A DNA stretch of 37,295 nt from a virus (taxonomy: Duplodnaviria > Caudoviricetes). The position numbers and the translations under genes were made by a program. Below are positions 1 to 7,226 of this stretch, piece after piece. The first letter of the stretch is position 1; each line of letters opens with the position of its first letter. The notes under the pieces were generated by a model. The model saw nothing but the letters and a program-made list of their open reading frames with translations, did no database searches and had not been told where the DNA came from. The stretch spans positions 1-37,295 of IMG/VR virus record IMGVR_UViG_3300036798_000217, one strand, 5' to 3'.

Positions 1-127
1 TGTTATCTTCAATAAGTCCTTTTAAAAACAGAAAGATTTATTATGTAAAAGACCCTAGTCCCCTCTAGGGCTTTTTACATTCAAATAAAAATCCCGTTTA
101 AAACTGCACATATATTAAAAGCATACA
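1..127. repeat. Terminal direct repeat, copy 1 (circular contig overlap)
   Basis: 1-127 is identical to 37169-37295; 127 bp equals a common assembler k-mer. Confidence 0.95.
43..80. terminator. Long hairpin, probably a bidirectional terminator
   Basis: atgtaaaagaccctag-tcccct-ctagggctttttacat. Confidence 0.6.
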
Positions 128-194
128 TACACTAATCATAGTCACCTTTATATATAAATCTTGGTCATAGAGCGCCTTAAAAAGCGCTCTTTTT
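106..194 (+). ncRNA. Candidate small antisense RNA unit with SigK-like promoter
   Basis: GCACA-N15-CATACACTA, short ORF-less body, then agagcgc..gcgctct hairpin plus T-run. Confidence 0.35.
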
Positions 195-216
195 ATGTTT
201 AAATAAGGATTTTGTA

Positions 217-639
217 TTACTTATCTGCTAAAAAACTTTTCGCATCATTAAACAATTGACCCTTTGGAACAAAGTTAAATCCGTACTGATTAAAGAAGTC
301 ATCATTTGACATTTGAAACCACTCTTTTGCTAAATCCCATTTATTATGCCCTTTGAATGTTCCGTACCACTTACGTTGATGTGTTTCATTAATAGTGTTA
401 CTTGATTGAACTGTACTACTCATTTGCATAGGAGATTGCATTCCCATCACTAAACCTGTAACAAATCGTCTCCCAGTTTCATCTACATTTTGAGGTAATT
501 CGCTTTCTATTCCTTTCAAACTTTCAAGTACTTGATCTAATACCTGTGTGTCACCTAAAACTTCACGATTATTTTCTATATGCCAGACGATGTTTCCAAC
601 CTTTTTCTTCAGGATCATGTTTACCATTCCTTTCTCCAA
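217..639 (-). CDS. Hypothetical protein (accessory cassette); start probably near 627
   Basis: 140-aa ORF with GGAGAAAGGA RBS, bounded by 8-6-8 sites at 196-217 and 634-655. Confidence 0.75.
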   Translation of the reverse strand: MEKGMVNMILKKKVGNIVWHIENNREVLGDTQVLDQVLESLKGIESELPQNVDETGRRFVTGLVMGMQSPMQMSSTVQSSNTINETHQRKWYGTFKGHNKWDLAKEWFQMSNDDFFNQYGFNFVPKGQLFNDAKSFLADK

Positions 640-652
640 AATAACTATTTTG

Positions 653-1252
653 TTATAAAGTAACCGCTTCTGCTGCAGGCTTATTTTTTGTTAATTGTTC
701 AATTGCCATTTGTAATCCAACCCAGTAAGCAATTAATCTATATGGCATAACCTGTCCTAAATCGTATAGCCATTCCATATCATCTGTTTCTAAAGATGTA
801 TTTTCGTAAACATCCATTATTCCGCGTTGATATTCTCTGACATTCGCACTCTCTCTTATTACGGATGTGATTTGATTGTAAACATCCTTGCTGTCTTCCA
901 TATTATCCATCTCGTAATCATTCCAGTTTTCTTTTAAATCCCGTCTTGCTGCGTTATTATCAAAATCCCATCGATCATTACAGAATGCCGTTAATTTTTT
1001 TGTGAAGTAATGTAAACCAAAGTCATTGATGTTTTCTAAAGTCGCTAGGCAAGTTAAACTATAGACCGCTTCGCCAATGTCGCCAGAGATAAATACGTTT
1101 GCACCGGATAATACATATTTTGTACGATACATGTTTGTTCCAGGTTTCCCCCACTGAATAACCTGCAAGCCCTCTTCACCTGATATTTCAGCCACATGAT
1201 CCTTAAACCATCTTGTTTTAATTACCTCAATTGCTTTTTCGTTGTAATCCAT
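653..1252 (-). CDS. Phage hypothetical protein
   Basis: 199-aa ORF with AGGGGG RBS; stop codon lies inside the 634-655 site. Confidence 0.8.
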   Translation of the reverse strand: MDYNEKAIEVIKTRWFKDHVAEISGEEGLQVIQWGKPGTNMYRTKYVLSGANVFISGDIGEAVYSLTCLATLENINDFGLHYFTKKLTAFCNDRWDFDNNAARRDLKENWNDYEMDNMEDSKDVYNQITSVIRESANVREYQRGIMDVYENTSLETDDMEWLYDLGQVMPYRLIAYWVGLQMAIEQLTKNKPAAEAVTL

Positions 1253-1297
1253 TTTTCATTTCCCCCTTTTGTATTCAAATAACGCTTTGGTTATAAA

Positions 1298-1471
1298 TTA
1301 CATCAAATTATTTTCATGTCTGTATCGAATTTCTTCGCTTGCAATCTTTGATTTTTCATATGCTTGTTCTCGTATTTCTTTTACATGAAACTTATCCATA
1401 AATTCTTTATTTACTTCACAATACACTTTATCTAACTCCATGTTAGTTAGGTGTTCTAAAGGTCTTTTCAT
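1298..1471 (-). CDS. Small hypothetical protein, 57 aa (MKRPLEHLTN...)
   Basis: Manually translated; GGAGG RBS; not in the ORF track. Confidence 0.7.
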   Translation of the reverse strand: MKRPLEHLTNMELDKVYCEVNKEFMDKFHVKEIREQAYEKSKIASEEIRYRHENNLM

Positions 1472-1486
1472 AAAATAACCTCCTGT

Positions 1487-1663
1487 TTAGTTATGTCTTT
1501 CTGAACGTGGTGTATAAGACAATACTGGCTCAATTCTTCCTGGTGTATAGTCGATATCACCGCTACAATACGGACAACTTTCCGCTTCAAAACGTTCAGC
1601 TAACACTATTTTTCCACAATCTTCATCAGTACACTTAAATTCATACAACACTATTCCTGTCAT
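1487..1663 (-). CDS. Zinc-ribbon small protein, 58 aa
   Basis: Manually translated: MTGIVLYEFKCTDEDCGK...SCPYCSG (CxxxxC...CxxC); AGGGGA RBS. Confidence 0.7.
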   Translation of the reverse strand: MTGIVLYEFKCTDEDCGKIVLAERFEAESCPYCSGDIDYTPGRIEPVLSYTPRSERHN

Positions 1664-1687
1664 TTTTAGTCCCCTTTTCTATAAAAT

Positions 1688-2179
1688 TCAAATTTGGTCT
1701 TGCTTCACATCGACACGTTTTTGACTTGCTTCCCGACTAAATCCATCTGGGTATCTTGTTGCTAATTTAGAAATATTCATTTGAGCTATATCTTCTAATG
1801 TATACCCCATTTCGTGGGCCATAATGGAGATATAGTACATGATGTCCCCCAGCTCTAATGCCAACTTATGAGTATTCCCGTTCTCTTCTCCTGGACAATG
1901 AGCCGGATCAAATCCATGACCATGAAAGATAGCTTTTTTTACGATATCAGCAACCTCACCAGCTTCTCCCGTAAGCCCTAATGCTGCATTTAATACACGT
2001 CCACCGAAATCATTATTTGCATTCCATGTACGTAATGTTGCTTCCTGATATTGATCTAATTCACAAATTTGATTGATATTCATTACAGCTTGTCCTCCCT
2101 TTGATTCACTAACTAATTTAGTTGTTGCATATACACCGTTTTCCATTGCTTTCATTTTGATTTCTCCTCTCTTTAACAA
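1688..2179 (-). CDS. MazG-like nucleoside triphosphate pyrophosphohydrolase
   Basis: LGLTGEAGEVADIVKK...LELGDIMYY...NISKLATRYPDGF motifs; likely start at MKAMENG. Confidence 0.9.
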   Translation of the reverse strand: MLKRGEIKMKAMENGVYATTKLVSESKGGQAVMNINQICELDQYQEATLRTWNANNDFGGRVLNAALGLTGEAGEVADIVKKAIFHGHGFDPAHCPGEENGNTHKLALELGDIMYYISIMAHEMGYTLEDIAQMNISKLATRYPDGFSREASQKRVDVKQDQI

Positions 2180-2424
2180 ATCCCTAATCCTATCGGACGA
2201 TTTTCAATCATATATTTATCAGCTTGGTCTATTACGAGAAGTGCCACCTCTGATTGGTGTCTCCTTAATGCTTTTGCCATTTCTGGTAAACTCATATCTT
2301 GTTTCCACATTTCACGAAACCGTATAATGTCCCTTTCATCCCAAATGAAGTTAGCTTCTTCTAAAGCGATGTATATTTTCAAACGTGATTCCTTCATCGC
2401 TTCATGATTTATTGCTACGCTCAT
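2173..2424 (-). CDS. HTH-like phage protein
   Basis: WDERDIIRFREMW...EMAKALRR segment resembles a helix-turn-helix. Confidence 0.65.
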   Translation of the reverse strand: MSVAINHEAMKESRLKIYIALEEANFIWDERDIIRFREMWKQDMSLPEMAKALRRHQSEVALLVIDQADKYMIENRPIGLGIC

Positions 2425-2449
2425 AAGCGAACCTACCTTCTAAAAATGA

Positions 2450-2617
2450 TTATTTTATCTTTTCAGTAAACTTAGTATCCACGCGATCAACTTTACCGTT
2501 AACCCAAACCGCAACTTGTTCACCAAATCCGCTCACCGGTGGATTAACTGCTATAACATTTCCATCCTTAACTACATAGAGCTTATTGCTAGTAACATCA
2601 ATTTCTATTTTTTTCAT
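2450..2617 (-). CDS. DUF3954/XtrA-like small protein, 55 aa
   Basis: Manually translated MKKIEIDV...YVVKDG...PPVSGFGEQVAVWVNGKV; AGGAG RBS. Confidence 0.7.
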   Translation of the reverse strand: MKKIEIDVTSNKLYVVKDGNVIAVNPPVSGFGEQVAVWVNGKVDRVDTKFTEKIK

Positions 2618-2635
2618 ATGTCCATCTCCTTTTTA

Positions 2636-3016
2636 CTACCGCATGTACTCGACAACATCAGGTTTAAAGCCACTTCCTAAATAAATTCTTACCGGAATAG
2701 CTTCTTTTTTATCCCTTGCTGCCTTACACAATTCTTCAGCTGTCTCCCAATTAAAAAACTTATCTACAGCTCTTTGAAATCTCCAAATTGCCATTGTATA
2801 TTGTTCAAAGATGTCATAACGATCATCTTGTTTAGTTGTGCGTGGTAATTCATCCGTACCCTTTGCATTTCTTGGAACTTGGACACGTACATCAGCATAT
2901 GTAACGCGTCCAGTTCCTTTCTTCACATTTGCTTTCATTACATCAAACTCACAAATGGCTGGCTCTACATCAAAAATATTTAATTGCTTAGGCATGTGCC
3001 ATTCCACTCTTTTCAA
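2636..3016 (-). CDS. Conserved Bacillus phage hypothetical protein (likely start MPKQLNIF)
   Basis: ORF overlaps the stop of the AbrB-like gene. Confidence 0.75.
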   Translation of the reverse strand: MKRVEWHMPKQLNIFDVEPAICEFDVMKANVKKGTGRVTYADVRVQVPRNAKGTDELPRTTKQDDRYDIFEQYTMAIWRFQRAVDKFFNWETAEELCKAARDKKEAIPVRIYLGSGFKPDVVEYMR

Positions 3017-3266
3017 GAAGGTCCAGTAATTCAGTTGCGCCTTGCTTACTCAAAAACATTTGTCCGTCCAGCAATTCCATGTTTGATTCAGAAACTTCGC
3101 CAGTTACAAAGCATGACTTCTCATGTTTTCTTAAAACGATGTTTTCCCCATCAACATGAAAGTCTAATGCTGTTCCTTCAGCAATTCCCAAAGTTCTGCG
3201 TAACTCTACTGGAATTACTACACGCCCTAGCTCATCCACTTTTCTTGCAATACCTGTGTTTTTCAT
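2988..3266 (-). CDS. AbrB-family transition-state regulator-like protein
   Basis: MKNTGIARKVDELGRVVIPVELRRTLGI closely matches the AbrB N-terminal domain. Confidence 0.92.
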   Translation of the reverse strand: MKNTGIARKVDELGRVVIPVELRRTLGIAEGTALDFHVDGENIVLRKHEKSCFVTGEVSESNMELLDGQMFLSKQGATELLDLLEKSGMAHA

Positions 3267-3281
3267 CGTTACTCCCCCTTG

Positions 3282-3473
3282 TTAACTAGCTTTTTGCTGT
3301 TTCTGTTTTAATGATTGTTTCATTGATTCAAATTTTATTAACCATGCTTCCCAACGCTTATCATTTTCCTCTTGTTGTCGCTTTGCCACTTCACAATTAC
3401 AACCGTTCGTTTCAATTACACCTGGATAAGTTTCTTTACGAATAATTCCTGTATCATGACATAATACACACAT
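3282..3473 (-). CDS. Hypothetical Cys-containing protein
   Basis: CxxC...CxC; coupled between the loader and AbrB-like genes. Confidence 0.7.
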   Translation of the reverse strand: MCVLCHDTGIIRKETYPGVIETNGCNCEVAKRQQEENDKRWEAWLIKFESMKQSLKQKQQKAS

Positions 3474-3475
3474 TG

Positions 3476-4345
3476 TTATTCCCCCTTTTTAAAATTGCGT
3501 AATCTATAATTATCCCCATGCATTTCTAACATTTCGGCGTTTTCCATCATCCGACTAAAATCACGTTCCCCATACATTCCTGCTAATTCACCGATATTAA
3601 AATTAGTAGTAAACAAAGTACTCTTACCTATACGGCTATCTACGATTTCGTTTGTCTTCGTTTGCTTCCAAGTGACGCCTTCTTTATCTTTCTCTGTGAA
3701 TTCCGCTCCAAAGTCATCGATAATCAAGACATCAACTTTTGCTAGAAGGGACATAAGCTTGTCCTCTGTCATTTCACTGTTTTTATTCCAAGTTGATTTG
3801 ATTTTGGTAAATAGCTTATTCATTTGAATAAACATTGTACTGTGACCCTTTTTCATAAGTTCTTTAGTGGCTGCCACACACAAATGACTTTTCCCTACTC
3901 CGTAATCACCCGTTATTATCATGCTTGTTGGTTCTTCTCTATTGAATGAAGTAACAAAATCCATAATCGTTTCTTTTGCATCAGCCAATTCTTTTTTAGT
4001 TGGTACATAATTTTCAAATGTAGCTTTCTTGAGTTTGTCATTTATTAAGCTGTTATCAGCAAATGAATCATATAAATGAATGATTTCATTTTTCTTTTTT
4101 ATAGCTAGTGTCTCTATAGCTAATTTCTGATCTTCTTTTTCTACCGATCTACATTGAGGACAAAATTCCTCATTTGTTTCTATATCTATCAGCATGCGCT
4201 TACTGCAAACGTCTTTAAATTTTTCTTTCCCTACTAAAAAGACATTCTTACATCTATTAGGTGAAAGTACATATCTTTGACTAGCGTTTTGAGAAGTCGT
4301 ATTTTTGAATGAATTCATTGTTTTTGTGCTTTTTAGAGCTTGCAT
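3476..4345 (-). CDS. DnaC/IstB-like ATPase (helicase loader)
   Basis: Walker A GDYGVGKS, Walker B LIIDD, TLFTTN...FSRM. Confidence 0.92.
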   Translation of the reverse strand: MQALKSTKTMNSFKNTTSQNASQRYVLSPNRCKNVFLVGKEKFKDVCSKRMLIDIETNEEFCPQCRSVEKEDQKLAIETLAIKKKNEIIHLYDSFADNSLINDKLKKATFENYVPTKKELADAKETIMDFVTSFNREEPTSMIITGDYGVGKSHLCVAATKELMKKGHSTMFIQMNKLFTKIKSTWNKNSEMTEDKLMSLLAKVDVLIIDDFGAEFTEKDKEGVTWKQTKTNEIVDSRIGKSTLFTTNFNIGELAGMYGERDFSRMMENAEMLEMHGDNYRLRNFKKGE

Positions 4346-5168
4346 TTGAATTCTCTCCTTTTACAGTTTCATTTAAATAATTATCAAAGTGTTTCTGCGC
4401 AAATAATGTACTTGGTCTTAAATACCGATCGAGCGGTTTATTATCTCTATCAAACTGTCCAAACCATTGTGATACTTTGTTATCAATGACTGTTTTAAAA
4501 TTCTCAACTGTATAGCCTTCATTCCATCTGGCTCTGATTAGCTTTCTATGAGCTTCTGCTTTATGGTTAAAGTTCTTTTTAGCTTTTTCATTGAGATAAT
4601 CAAGAATTTCTTGATTAGGAATTGATACTTTTGTATCTGATTCGTCAGAAGAAGATGTATTAATTATTTCTAATTCTTTTTCTTTATCTAATTCTTTATC
4701 TTCTTCTATATCTGTTGCATCACGTGACGTCACGCAAACGTCACTTTCTTCACCATTGTTTTCTAGTGCTAATTGCTGTTCTTTCTTACGTTCACGATAC
4801 TTTTTGTTCCGTTCTGCGTTTAATTGTTTTACACGCTCTAGCCCATCAATGTTTTGGTGCTTTTCCCAATTTGAAATGCAAATGTATTGATCATCTGTTA
4901 TTTCAATCATTCCAAATCGATGAAATGTTTGAAGTGCCAATCTTACTGTTGCAATTGGTCTGTTAAAAAGCGTTGAAAGCATTTCATCAGAGTAAGGAAT
5001 GTTTTTACTAAGAAAAATATACCCACTTGCATTTGTTTTTCCGGCTTGCGCTAATAATCGAATCCATATAATTAGTAAGGTATCAGCTTCAGGCATGCTC
5101 TCGATTAAACGTATTTTTTCATCCTCAAACATACTTGTTGAAAGCTTTATCCATTTAACTTCTGACAT
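4281..5168 (-). CDS. Replication initiator (replisome organizer)
   Basis: N-terminal MSEVKWIKLSTSMFEDEKI; C-terminal YLRPSTLFAQKHFDNYLN; GGAGG RBS before ATG at 5168. Confidence 0.9.
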   Translation of the reverse strand: MSEVKWIKLSTSMFEDEKIRLIESMPEADTLLIIWIRLLAQAGKTNASGYIFLSKNIPYSDEMLSTLFNRPIATVRLALQTFHRFGMIEITDDQYICISNWEKHQNIDGLERVKQLNAERNKKYRERKKEQQLALENNGEESDVCVTSRDATDIEEDKELDKEKELEIINTSSSDESDTKVSIPNQEILDYLNEKAKKNFNHKAEAHRKLIRARWNEGYTVENFKTVIDNKVSQWFGQFDRDNKPLDRYLRPSTLFAQKHFDNYLNETVKGENSNASSKKHKNNEFIQKYDFSKR

Positions 5169-5173
5169 TGTAT

Positions 5174-5350
5174 TTACCTCCTCGTACAAACTGCCACATA
5201 TGCTTGTCCACTTTTGATAATTTTTTGAATTTCATAATGTGGATAACCAACACTGAAATACTCTTCAACCATTTTCTTTAATTCATCTTTGCTTTTTGCT
5301 AAGTCCCAGAACTTATTAGGCAATAGCACTTGATATTCAATTAAATCCAT
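5174..5350 (-). CDS. Small hypothetical protein, 58 aa (MDLIEYQVLLPNKFW...)
   Basis: Manually translated; fills the gap upstream of the initiator. Confidence 0.7.
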   Translation of the reverse strand: MDLIEYQVLLPNKFWDLAKSKDELKKMVEEYFSVGYPHYEIQKIIKSGQAYVAVCTRR

Positions 5351-5382
5351 GTACTATTTACTCGCTTCCCGTGATATACTTA

Positions 5383-5571
5383 TTACAAGTGTTTTTTTCT
5401 GAAGGACCCATTACCGTGGGTCTTTTTATTTTGCTTCACATCACTCCAAGCCCATCGTTTTATTGGCTCATAAGTGATATAAAGTAACAACATACCCATG
5501 GCAATTACTAGAGCGAAAATTGATAATGAAATTGTATCCTCTATCATGCTGTTGCACTCCTTTCTAACCAA
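5383..5571 (-). CDS. Small single-TM membrane protein
   Basis: Hydrophobic stretch ISLSIFALVIAMGMLLLYI, basic tail; likely start MIEDT. Confidence 0.65.
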   Translation of the reverse strand: MVRKECNSMIEDTISLSIFALVIAMGMLLLYITYEPIKRWAWSDVKQNKKTHGNGSFRKKHL

Positions 5572-5894
5572 TTAAAGAATGCATCTCTTGGCACTACTTT
5601 CTTACGACCAATCCTTACTAATGGAAATCCTTTTTGGTCCATAATGTCATAAGCTGTTCTTTGAGCTATTCCTAATATTTCTTTTACGTGGTCTACGTTT
5701 AACATAATCGGGTAATCATTTGCACTATCATTAGTAACCGAAATGTTATCTAACTTTTCTACAGTTGTTTGTCTTGCATCTTCTTTATTGAAACGAAGTA
5801 ACTCAATCGCCTCCCAAAATTCTTCATCGCTCCATCCTTTTTGAGCTGAAAACTTTGTGACTGCTAACGCTATTTGAACTGTTGAATTTTTCAT
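5544..5894 (-). CDS. Excisionase-like (HTH_17) DNA-binding protein
   Basis: C-terminal MLNVDHVKEILGIAQRTAYDIM...FPLVRIGRKKVVPRDAFFNWL. Confidence 0.8.
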   Translation of the reverse strand: MKNSTVQIALAVTKFSAQKGWSDEEFWEAIELLRFNKEDARQTTVEKLDNISVTNDSANDYPIMLNVDHVKEILGIAQRTAYDIMDQKGFPLVRIGRKKVVPRDAFFNWLERSATA

Positions 5895-6142
5895 GATTCC
5901 TCATCCTCTCTTTTTGTGTCGTCAATTTGACGAACATCATTCAAAAAAATTTCTTCAATAGTTACCCCTAGACTTTCCGCTAATTTTGGAATTTTATCGG
6001 CGTTTAGTTTGCGCTGACCATTTTCAATATAAGAGATAGCCGAAGAACCGCTAAAACCAAGCATTATTGCTAATTCTCCCTGAGTTATTTTCTTTTTTTT
6101 ACGTATATCACGTATTCTCATGCCTATAGACAAATGTTTCAC
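5891..6142 (-). CDS. Cro-like XRE transcriptional regulator
   Basis: HTH_3 (ITQGELAIMLG...ISYIENG); divergent from the repressor. Confidence 0.88.
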   Translation of the reverse strand: MKHLSIGMRIRDIRKKKKITQGELAIMLGFSGSSAISYIENGQRKLNADKIPKLAESLGVTIEEIFLNDVRQIDDTKREDEES

Positions 6143-6149
6143 CTCTAAG

Positions 6150-6291
6150 TCGTCATTTTGACGATTTGTTATTTTTATTATATGTCGTCATTCTGAAGAA
6201 GTAAACATGTTTTTTTGTCATTTTGTTATATTTTTTTTATCAATTTGATAAAAAACAGTGTAAAGTCGTCAGAAAGTATATATACTATAAT
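6150..6291. promoter_or_regulatory. Lysis/lysogeny switch: divergent promoters with TCGTCA-N3-TGACGA operators
   Basis: Operators at 6150-6164 (perfect), 6185-6199, 6215-6229, 6237-6251 and a half-site at 6266; another perfect copy at 5919-5933; leftward TTTACT-N17-TATAAT (6205-6177). Confidence 0.8.
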
Positions 6292-6355
6292 TAACAACAA
6301 TTCGAATGTAATGTAAAACACACATAGAAATTTATTTATAAAGGGGAATAAATTT

Positions 6356-6709
6356 ATGACTCTAGGAGAAAGATTGAGAGCCTGCCGTGAAAAAAGCGGC
6401 TACACACAAACGTATATAACTGAAAAACTAGAAATACACCGTGGGACTCTATCTAGTTACGAATCCGGGAGACGAAAACCAGACTATGATACTTTATCTA
6501 AACTAGCTGATATTTATAAAGTATCTGTAGATTTTCTACTAGGAAGATCCACTGATGAAAGATTAACTGCAGAACAAGATAAACAAGCAACAGCAATGGG
6601 GAAAAAGATTGAACAACTAATCTCTAAACTATCAGAAGAAGAACAGAAAAAAGCTTGGGAACAGTTAGAAATGTATGTACAGTATCAACAAAACAAAGAA
6701 CAAAAATAA
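6356..6709 (+). CDS. CI-like XRE repressor without an S24 autoprotease domain
   Basis: HTH_3 N-terminus, short helical C-terminus, only 117 aa; adjacent to the arbitrium locus. Confidence 0.88.
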   Translation: MTLGERLRACREKSGYTQTYITEKLEIHRGTLSSYESGRRKPDYDTLSKLADIYKVSVDFLLGRSTDERLTAEQDKQATAMGKKIEQLISKLSEEEQKKAWEQLEMYVQYQQNKEQK

Positions 6710-6739
6710 AAAAGCTAACCTCTATGGTTAGTCTTTTTT
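6710..6739. terminator. Bidirectional terminator between repressor and aimX
   Basis: aaaagctaacc-tctat-ggttagtctttttt. Confidence 0.75.
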
Positions 6740-6850
6740 ATTTTTAAACACATCGTCTAGTAAGTGTTTTAATTGTTCCTCAGTATTAGGATTATTTCCC
6801 TCTAATAACAACTTAACTGCTGCTTCTTTTGCTACTTGCTCTTTTACCAT
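6728..6850 (-). CDS. aimX: AimX candidate, 40 aa (MVKEQVAKEAAVKLLLEGNNPNTEEQLKHLLDDVFKNKKD)
   Basis: Manually translated; AGGGGG RBS; canonical position downstream of aimP and convergent with the repressor. Confidence 0.65.
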   Translation of the reverse strand: MVKEQVAKEAAVKLLLEGNNPNTEEQLKHLLDDVFKNKKD

Positions 6851-6924
6851 TGTAATTTCCCCCTACACCCTCTGTATATTTTGTTTGTAATTTAATAATT
6901 TTTTAGAGTTTCACTTTATAGCAG

Positions 6925-6992
6925 ATTATAATAACCATTAAATTCTTCATAAAAATAAAAATTGGTAAAAAATAGGTGTCGATTTTTTACCA
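6925..6992 (-). promoter_or_regulatory. aimX promoter with candidate AimR operator
   Basis: Perfect 11-bp inverted repeat TGGTAAAAAAT-N8-ATTTTTTACCA (6963-6992) upstream of a TATAAT (6930-6925) that has a poor -35. Confidence 0.55.
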
Positions 6993-7027
6993 CTTAACTA
7001 AAAACCAACATTCCCCAAAAAGTACGA

Positions 7028-7061
7028 AAGGACGCTGCGATGTACGCAACGTCCCTTTTTT
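7028..7061. terminator. Hairpin/terminator downstream of aimP
   Basis: aaggacgctgcg-atgta-cgcaacgtccctttttt. Confidence 0.65.
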
Positions 7062-7080
7062 ACTATTTATATTTTTAATA

Positions 7081-7224
7081 TTAATGTCCACCCGGTTCAA
7101 CCATCATATATTGTACTTGATTTTCAACTGGTTGTTCTTTAATTTCCTTAGTTGTTGCTCCAACATTTAATGATAGAGTGAAAGCACTCATAATACATAA
7201 AATTGCCATACTTATTTTTTTCAT
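7081..7224 (-). CDS. aimP: AimP arbitrium pro-peptide, 47 aa (MKKISMAILCIMSAFTLSLNVGATTKEIKEQPVENQVQYMMVEPGGH)
   Basis: Signal peptide plus C-terminal MMVEPGGH, similar to B. cereus-group (D/E)PGG arbitrium peptides; directly after aimR. Confidence 0.88.
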   Translation of the reverse strand: MKKISMAILCIMSAFTLSLNVGATTKEIKEQPVENQVQYMMVEPGGH

Positions 7225-7226
7225 CC

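Noticed and set aside
4715-4745. cgtgac/gtcac repeats in the initiator gene as iterons
   Set aside because: Plausible origin position, but too short and few to call by eye
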